41,727 nt of DNA. Source: Candidatus Magasanikiibacteriota bacterium. GTDB taxonomy: Bacteria > Patescibacteriota > Patescibacteriia > Magasanikbacterales > UBA922. How positions within the stretch are numbered: the first letter of the stretch is position 1; each line of letters starts with the position of its first letter. A model generated the notes under the pieces. It did no database searches, was not told the origin of the DNA, and saw nothing but the letters and a program-made list of their open reading frames with translations. Below are positions 37,806 through 41,727 of this stretch, in pieces. The position numbers and the translations under genes are program-made. The stretch spans positions 8,528 through 50,254 of the forward strand of contig JAHFIC010000001.1 of NCBI GenBank assembly GCA_023246555.1, read 5' to 3'.

Positions 37806-39293
37806 TTATTTACGCCATTCTCCACACGCTTGTTTCAGCGCTTCTTCGACATCCTTTCCCCATTCACCAGCCATAATCTTATTCAACAGCGGACGTTTTG
37901 ATTTTTCCAAGAAAGCCACCAGGCTTGCTTCCGATCCACGGACAGCGTCTACGGCAACATCATCAAAAAATCCGTTATTCACTGCGTAGATCACCGCCAC
38001 CTGATGCTCGACCGGCATGGGCGCATACTGCGGCTGGTTGAGAAGTTCGGTGATGCGGCGACCGCGGTCAATTTGCTTCTTGGTTTCCGGATCAAGGTCA
38101 GAAGAAAATTGCGCGAAGGCTTCGAGCTCGCGGAACTGTGCCATGGCGAGCTTCAATTTTCCTGACACCTTTTTCATCGGTGTAATCTGGGCTGCGCCAC
38201 CGACCCGCGAGACCGAGATACCGACATTCAATGCCGGACGAATGCCGCGGTAAAATAAGTCTGTTTCCAAAAAAATCTGACCATCCGTAATGGAAATCAC
38301 ATTGGTTGGGATATATGCCGTAACATCTCCGGCCTGTGTTTCAATAATCGGCAAGGCAGTAATCGATCCGCCGCCATGCGCATCGCTCAGCTTGCAGGCG
38401 CGCTCCAAAAGTCGTGAGTGCAAGTAAAAAACATCCCCCGGATAGGCTTCGCGGCCCGGCGGACGACGCAAGAGGAGTGAAATTTCCCGGTACGCCCAAG
38501 CTTGTTTCGTCAAATCATCATATACGATAAGCACATCCTCGCCTTTGTCAGCAAAAAATTCAGCCATCGCCACGCCGGCATAGGGCGCCAAAAACGACAT
38601 GGCGGCCGGGTCAGAGGCTCCGGCAACCACCACGGTGGTGTATTCCATAGCACCGGCTTCTTCCAATTTTGCCACAATTCGCGCCACTTTTGAGCGCTTT
38701 TGACCAACGGCAACATAAATGCACTTCATGTTTTGCCCTTTTTGGTTTATGATCGTATCAATCGCAACCGCGGTCTTTCCTGTCTGACGATCGCCAATAA
38801 TGAGTTCGCGCTGACCGCGACCAATGGGGATCATCGCGTCAATCGCCTTGATGCCAGTCTGCACCGGCTCGTGCACCGGATGTCTGGCCATAACGCCGGG
38901 AGCGACTTTTTCCATCGGATAAAATGTTTTTGTTTTCATCTCCCCCTTTCCATCTACCGCAACACCGAGCGCATCCACCACGCGACCTACTAATTCATAC
39001 CCAACTGGGACAGAAAGCACTCGTCCGGTGCGCTTCACGACAGCGCCTTCCTGAATACCGGTGTAATCGCCCAAGATAATAGCGCCAACCGTCTCTTCTT
39101 CCAAATTCAAGGCGACGCCAAAGACGCCGCCCGAAAACTCCAGCATCTCTTGCGCCTGACAGCGAGAAAGTCCGCTCATGCGCGCAATGCCGTCTCCCAC
39201 CTCAATAACCTTGCCCGTTTCTTCAATTTCGACTGAAGGTTCAAAAGATGCAATGCGCTTTTTCAGTTGTTCGACAATGGTGTTCGTAGACAT
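37806..39293 (-). CDS. atpA: F1 ATP synthase alpha subunit
   Basis: Walker A GDRQTGKT. 495 aa, with the typical alpha N-terminal beta-barrel and C-terminal helical domain. Confidence 0.97.
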   Translation of the reverse strand: MSTNTIVEQLKKRIASFEPSVEIEETGKVIEVGDGIARMSGLSRCQAQEMLEFSGGVFGVALNLEEETVGAIILGDYTGIQEGAVVKRTGRVLSVPVGYELVGRVVDALGVAVDGKGEMKTKTFYPMEKVAPGVMARHPVHEPVQTGIKAIDAMIPIGRGQRELIIGDRQTGKTAVAIDTIINQKGQNMKCIYVAVGQKRSKVARIVAKLEEAGAMEYTTVVVAGASDPAAMSFLAPYAGVAMAEFFADKGEDVLIVYDDLTKQAWAYREISLLLRRPPGREAYPGDVFYLHSRLLERACKLSDAHGGGSITALPIIETQAGDVTAYIPTNVISITDGQIFLETDLFYRGIRPALNVGISVSRVGGAAQITPMKKVSGKLKLAMAQFRELEAFAQFSSDLDPETKKQIDRGRRITELLNQPQYAPMPVEHQVAVIYAVNNGFFDDVAVDAVRGSEASLVAFLEKSKRPLLNKIMAGEWGKDVEEALKQACGEWRK

Positions 39294-39296
39294 AAC

Positions 39297-39698
39297 TTAG
39301 TGAGTAATATGATAGGCGAGTTTTTTTAATTGCGTATCGATCGTTGCGTCATAGACAATGTCGCCGTCTTTGATGATGCATCCCCCAGCAAGCGTTTCGT
39401 CAATCGCCTCAGTGATCCGTCTTTTTTTTCCAAATTTTTCCTGAATGATTTTTTTTATTTTGCCGTCCAGGGCATATTTTGAAACCACGTCAATTGCCGA
39501 CGCACCGGTCATCTTCTCCGCATAGGATTCGTATTCCACAAGCATCTGCTCGGCCTTGTGGAGCATTCTTTCCCGGATAAGGATTTCGACGAATGCATCG
39601 AGCGCCTTTGGCACCAATTTCTCCGGAAGCTCCGCTGTCATGGCATACAGCGCTTTCGCGTATTGTCGCACCGTGTGTTTTCGCATATTGTTTATCAA
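39297..39698 (-). CDS. atpH: F1 ATP synthase delta (OSCP) subunit, unusually short (133 aa)
   Basis: The position between atpF and atpA, and the C-terminal ..LAGGCIIKDGDIVYDATIDTQLKKL.., are typical of delta. The start overlaps the atpF stop. Confidence 0.75.
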   Translation of the reverse strand: MINNMRKHTVRQYAKALYAMTAELPEKLVPKALDAFVEILIRERMLHKAEQMLVEYESYAEKMTGASAIDVVSKYALDGKIKKIIQEKFGKKRRITEAIDETLAGGCIIKDGDIVYDATIDTQLKKLAYHITH

Positions 39699-40258
39699 AT
39701 CTTTGTCAGGACGTCATCAATGATTTTTTTGTCCTTTTTTTCATCGAGCACTTCGCCCAAAATTTTTTTCACTGATGCGACAATCATTGTTCCAGCCTCT
39801 GCCCGCACTTGCTGCATCGCATCATCTCGTTCGATTTGAATATTGCGCTTTGCTTGGTCGATCAGAAGCTGAATCTCGCGTTTCGCCTTACCCTTCATGT
39901 CATCCCCGAGGTTCCGTGCCTCGCCATAGGCCTGCTCAATAATTTTATTTGCTTCAGCCTTGGCATCGTCAATCCGCTCTTGAAATTTTATTTCGCTCAT
40001 GGCAAGCGCGGCCTCCACTTCTTTGGCCTTATCAAGACTATCATTAATGAGCGCGCGGCGTTCTTCCATCTTTTTCGTGAGCGGCCTTAAAATCAGAAAC
40101 CACACGATGACGGCGACCATGGCAAAGTTGATGAGCTGGAACACGAACAATTGCCCATTAATTCCAAGTGAACTAAGCGCGGTTTCGTGAGCCTCTCCCG
40201 ATGCTTCTATTATTTGCAGATCTTCTTCCATAGGACAATTGGCATAAAGTAGATTCAT
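39695..40258 (-). CDS. atpF: Fo ATP synthase b subunit
   Basis: One TM (LFVFQLINFAMVAVIVWFLIL), then a long charged helix. Start ATG 40258 is preferred. The ORF track uses TTG 40291, and ATG 40231 is also possible. Confidence 0.75.
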   Translation of the reverse strand: MNLLYANCPMEEDLQIIEASGEAHETALSSLGINGQLFVFQLINFAMVAVIVWFLILRPLTKKMEERRALINDSLDKAKEVEAALAMSEIKFQERIDDAKAEANKIIEQAYGEARNLGDDMKGKAKREIQLLIDQAKRNIQIERDDAMQQVRAEAGTMIVASVKKILGEVLDEKKDKKIIDDVLTKI

Positions 40259-40260
40259 CT

Positions 40261-40285
40261 CACCTCGCCCTGGCCTGACGAGGTG
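40261..40285 (-). promoter_or_regulatory. Hairpin between atpE and atpF whose 3' arm is the SD-like GAGGTG of atpF
   Basis: cacctcg (40261-67) pairs with cgaggtg (40279-85), with an 11-nt loop. On the mRNA strand the 3' arm ..CGAGGTG is followed by AG and then ATG 40258. Confidence 0.4.
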
Positions 40286-40292
40286 GGTCAAT

Positions 40293-40514
40293 CTACTTTA
40301 GAGTAAACACCACCACGAGCGCATAGATCGCGATCGCTTCCGCAAATGCGGCGCCGAGGAGCATTGGGACGAACAGTTTCGATCCTGCTTCCGGATTTCG
40401 ACCGATCGATTCCATGGCTTTTGCCACGATCCGGCCAATCGCGAGTGCTGGAAAAAAACCGCCCACCGCCATGGTGAAACCTTTGGCCATGACCACGATT
40501 GATTCGTGTTCCAT
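40293..40514 (-). CDS. atpE: Fo ATP synthase c subunit (proteolipid)
   Basis: 73 aa helical hairpin. Loop RNPEA and the carboxylate helix GAAFAEAIAIYALVV. Ile and Ala occupy the positions that are Gln and Ser in Na+-binding c subunits, so the protein is probably H+-coupled. Confidence 0.9.
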   Translation of the reverse strand: MEHESIVVMAKGFTMAVGGFFPALAIGRIVAKAMESIGRNPEAGSKLFVPMLLGAAFAEAIAIYALVVVFTLK

Positions 40515-40574
40515 ACGATTGTGTTAAGGCATCAGAGCTGTACGAAGGTTCTTGGGAGAATTATTTTACTTCGC

Positions 40575-40672
40575 AGCTGACACCGAGAATTAAGCTTCTG
40601 AAGCTTCTGAAGCTTCCAGAGCTGCCGAAGCTTTTGATGCTTGGGAAGCTTTGGCAGCTTATGAAGCTATTG
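40575..40672. repeat. Array of in-phase 9-nt AGCT-core repeats (atpB-atpE spacer)
   Basis: The units are aagcttctg, aagcttctg, aagcttcca, gagctgccg, aagcttttg, atgcttggg, aagctttgg, cagcttatg and aagctattg, head-to-tail from 40592 to 40672. One more in-phase AGCT core lies at 40575. The last unit overlaps the atpB stop (40667-69). Confidence 0.9.
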
Positions 40673-41449
40673 CTCCGCTCCATGCGGCGCACTGGTTGCC
40701 ACCGTCAAATAGACTGTCGTGAGCATAGCGAAAACTGACGCTTGAATCAAGCCCACCAGAAGCTCGAGGAGCATAAACGGGGCCGGTACGAGAAAAGCGA
40801 CAAGAGAGCTGATCACCGAAATCAGCACTTCTCCAGCAAAAATATTTCCGAATAATCGAAGGGAGAGCGACACTACCTTTGCCATCTCGCCGACAATTTC
40901 AATGATACCGACCATACATTCAACGAGCGCCGTAAAAATTCCGATTGGTCCGTGTTTCACGGCTTTCACGAGCGTGCCGATCTGAATGAATTTGTTTGCA
41001 TGAGCAAAAAATCCAATCGTGCCAAACGCGAAGATGTGCGATGCGATCACCGAAACAAGCGCCATGGCGACAGTTAAATTCAAATCGGTATTTGCCGGCC
41101 GCAAAAGCGGCGCGTGTCCGGCGGTTATGCTTCCTGTACCGGGAATAAGCCCGAGCCAGTTTGAGAGAAGGATGAAAAAAAAGACAGATCCAACGATCGG
41201 CAAGAATCGAAGTGTCTCCTTCCGTCCTCCCGTCACTTGATCCAAATAGCCGAATAATCCCTCCAAAAAATATTCACAGCCGTTTTGCAAGCGGCCCGGA
41301 CGAAGCGCAATCCGTTTCACGAGGAAAAGCCCAAAGAATAAAAAAATGATCATTGCGATCCACGCGTTGATCATGGTATTTGTGATCGAAACACTGCCGA
41401 TATGTCCGATGACTTCCGGAGCAAATGTAGGGATATGTGCTTCTGTCAT
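40667..41449 (-). CDS. atpB: Fo ATP synthase a subunit
   Basis: 260 aa polytopic protein with the essential Arg context VSLSLRLFGNIFAGE. Confidence 0.9.
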   Translation of the reverse strand: MTEAHIPTFAPEVIGHIGSVSITNTMINAWIAMIIFLFFGLFLVKRIALRPGRLQNGCEYFLEGLFGYLDQVTGGRKETLRFLPIVGSVFFFILLSNWLGLIPGTGSITAGHAPLLRPANTDLNLTVAMALVSVIASHIFAFGTIGFFAHANKFIQIGTLVKAVKHGPIGIFTALVECMVGIIEIVGEMAKVVSLSLRLFGNIFAGEVLISVISSLVAFLVPAPFMLLELLVGLIQASVFAMLTTVYLTVATSAPHGAEQ

Positions 41450-41457
41450 AACAATAG

Positions 41458-41727
41458 CTAGTGTGGTGTTTCATCTTTTTGCTCCAGTGATTCGTATTCT
41501 TTTGCGTACGCTTTCGCCTTTCGATAAATCAATCTGCCGGAAAGCAATGCCGCGATGATAAATGCTAAAATAGTCAGGGTGTTGCCGGTGCCATAGCGCT
41601 TATCCGCCCATTGTCCAATAACGACGAAAAGGACAAGCGGCACAGCGATGGTGGCGCCAAAATCTCCAGCAATCCGAAGTCCTAGAAACATGTAGGTCCG
41701 GTCTTTTGCATTCATGGAAACGCCCAT
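41458..41727 (-). CDS. AtpZ/AtpI-like small membrane protein; start lies at or beyond the window edge
   Basis: About 89 aa with 2 TM helices (..GDFGATIAVPLVLFVVIGQWADKRYGT..LTILAFIIAALLSG..), immediately upstream of atpB. The ORF reaches the last base of the window. Confidence 0.6.
   Translation of the reverse strand: MGVSMNAKDRTYMFLGLRIAGDFGATIAVPLVLFVVIGQWADKRYGTGNTLTILAFIIAALLSGRLIYRKAKAYAKEYESLEQKDETPH

Noticed and set aside
40532-40669. The frame after the atpB TAG stop stays open for 44 more codons (LHKLPKLPKHQKLRQLWKLQKLQKL..), which could mean readthrough or stop-codon reassignment.
   Set aside because: atpB is already full length at the TAG. TAG, TGA and TAA all terminate well-conserved genes in this window. 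The openness is explained by the repeat units lacking stop triplets (two of the three frames are open).
40499-40738. The 79-aa plus-strand ORF reads ..KLLKLLKLPELPKLLMLGKLWQLMKLL...
   Set aside because: This is a translation artefact of the stop-free 9-nt repeat. It lies antisense to the atp operon and overlaps both the atpE start and the atpB end.

Overview
This is a gene-dense 41.7-kb chromosomal window made almost entirely of housekeeping genes. I saw no rRNA or tRNA genes, transposases, integrases, CRISPR arrays or recognisable defence genes.

Layout:
- 2-5904 (+): a SUF Fe-S assembly locus. It holds sufB (5' end cut by the window edge), sufS, an embedded CDP-alcohol phosphatidyltransferase, sufU, sufC and a DUF59/SufT-like gene. 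A membrane protein and a CxxAxxC..CP ferredoxin follow.
- 5919-8893 (-): a small membrane protein and clpB. clpB is preceded by a perfect CIRCE operator.
- 8995-13289 (+): a GT26 glycosyltransferase, a hypothetical protein, gltX, a hairpin-rich 0.3-kb segment ending in a strong terminator, an M23 peptidase and a tiny Cys-rich ORF.
- 34688 down to 13333 (-): an uninterrupted run of DUF368, FMN reductase, a UvrD-type helicase fused to a Cas4-like nuclease, a methyltransferase, DUF721, a membrane protein, proS, mreB-mreC-mreD-mrdA, greA, lysS, a nucleotidyltransferase, an RdgB-Nudix fusion, serS, a hydrolase, a membrane-anchored MurF-like ligase, a DegT aminotransferase, a FemAB-family transferase and ftsQ.
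- 34718-34939 (+): a small Cys-rich membrane protein.
- 35014-41727 (-): a complete F1Fo ATP synthase operon (atpZ-like, B, E, F, H, A, G, D, C).

Many neighbouring genes share 1-4 nt start/stop overlaps. Several ORF-track N-termini are clearly over-extended, and I trimmed them to the start that abuts the upstream stop. This streamlined style, together with the membrane-anchored MurF-like ligase and the short ATPase delta subunit, is reminiscent of small-genome uncultivated bacteria. That is inference only.

I cannot point to a clear-cut new multi-gene system. The signals that ordinary annotation does not explain are:
1. Two arrays of 9-nt-phased AGCT-core repeats occupy the only two long spacers of the atp operon, directly upstream of atpE and atpD.
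2. Heptanucleotide tandem repeats lie inside sufS and the helicase gene, and each of these genes also carries a small GC-rich palindromic in-frame insertion.
3. Two short cysteine-rich ORFs are present, one of them below the ORF-track size cutoff.
4. A hairpin-rich segment after gltX could be a small gene or a structured RNA.
5. A cell-wall module is built around a Mur ligase whose N-terminal domain is replaced by transmembrane helices.

All functional calls come from motif recognition by eye. No database search was run.
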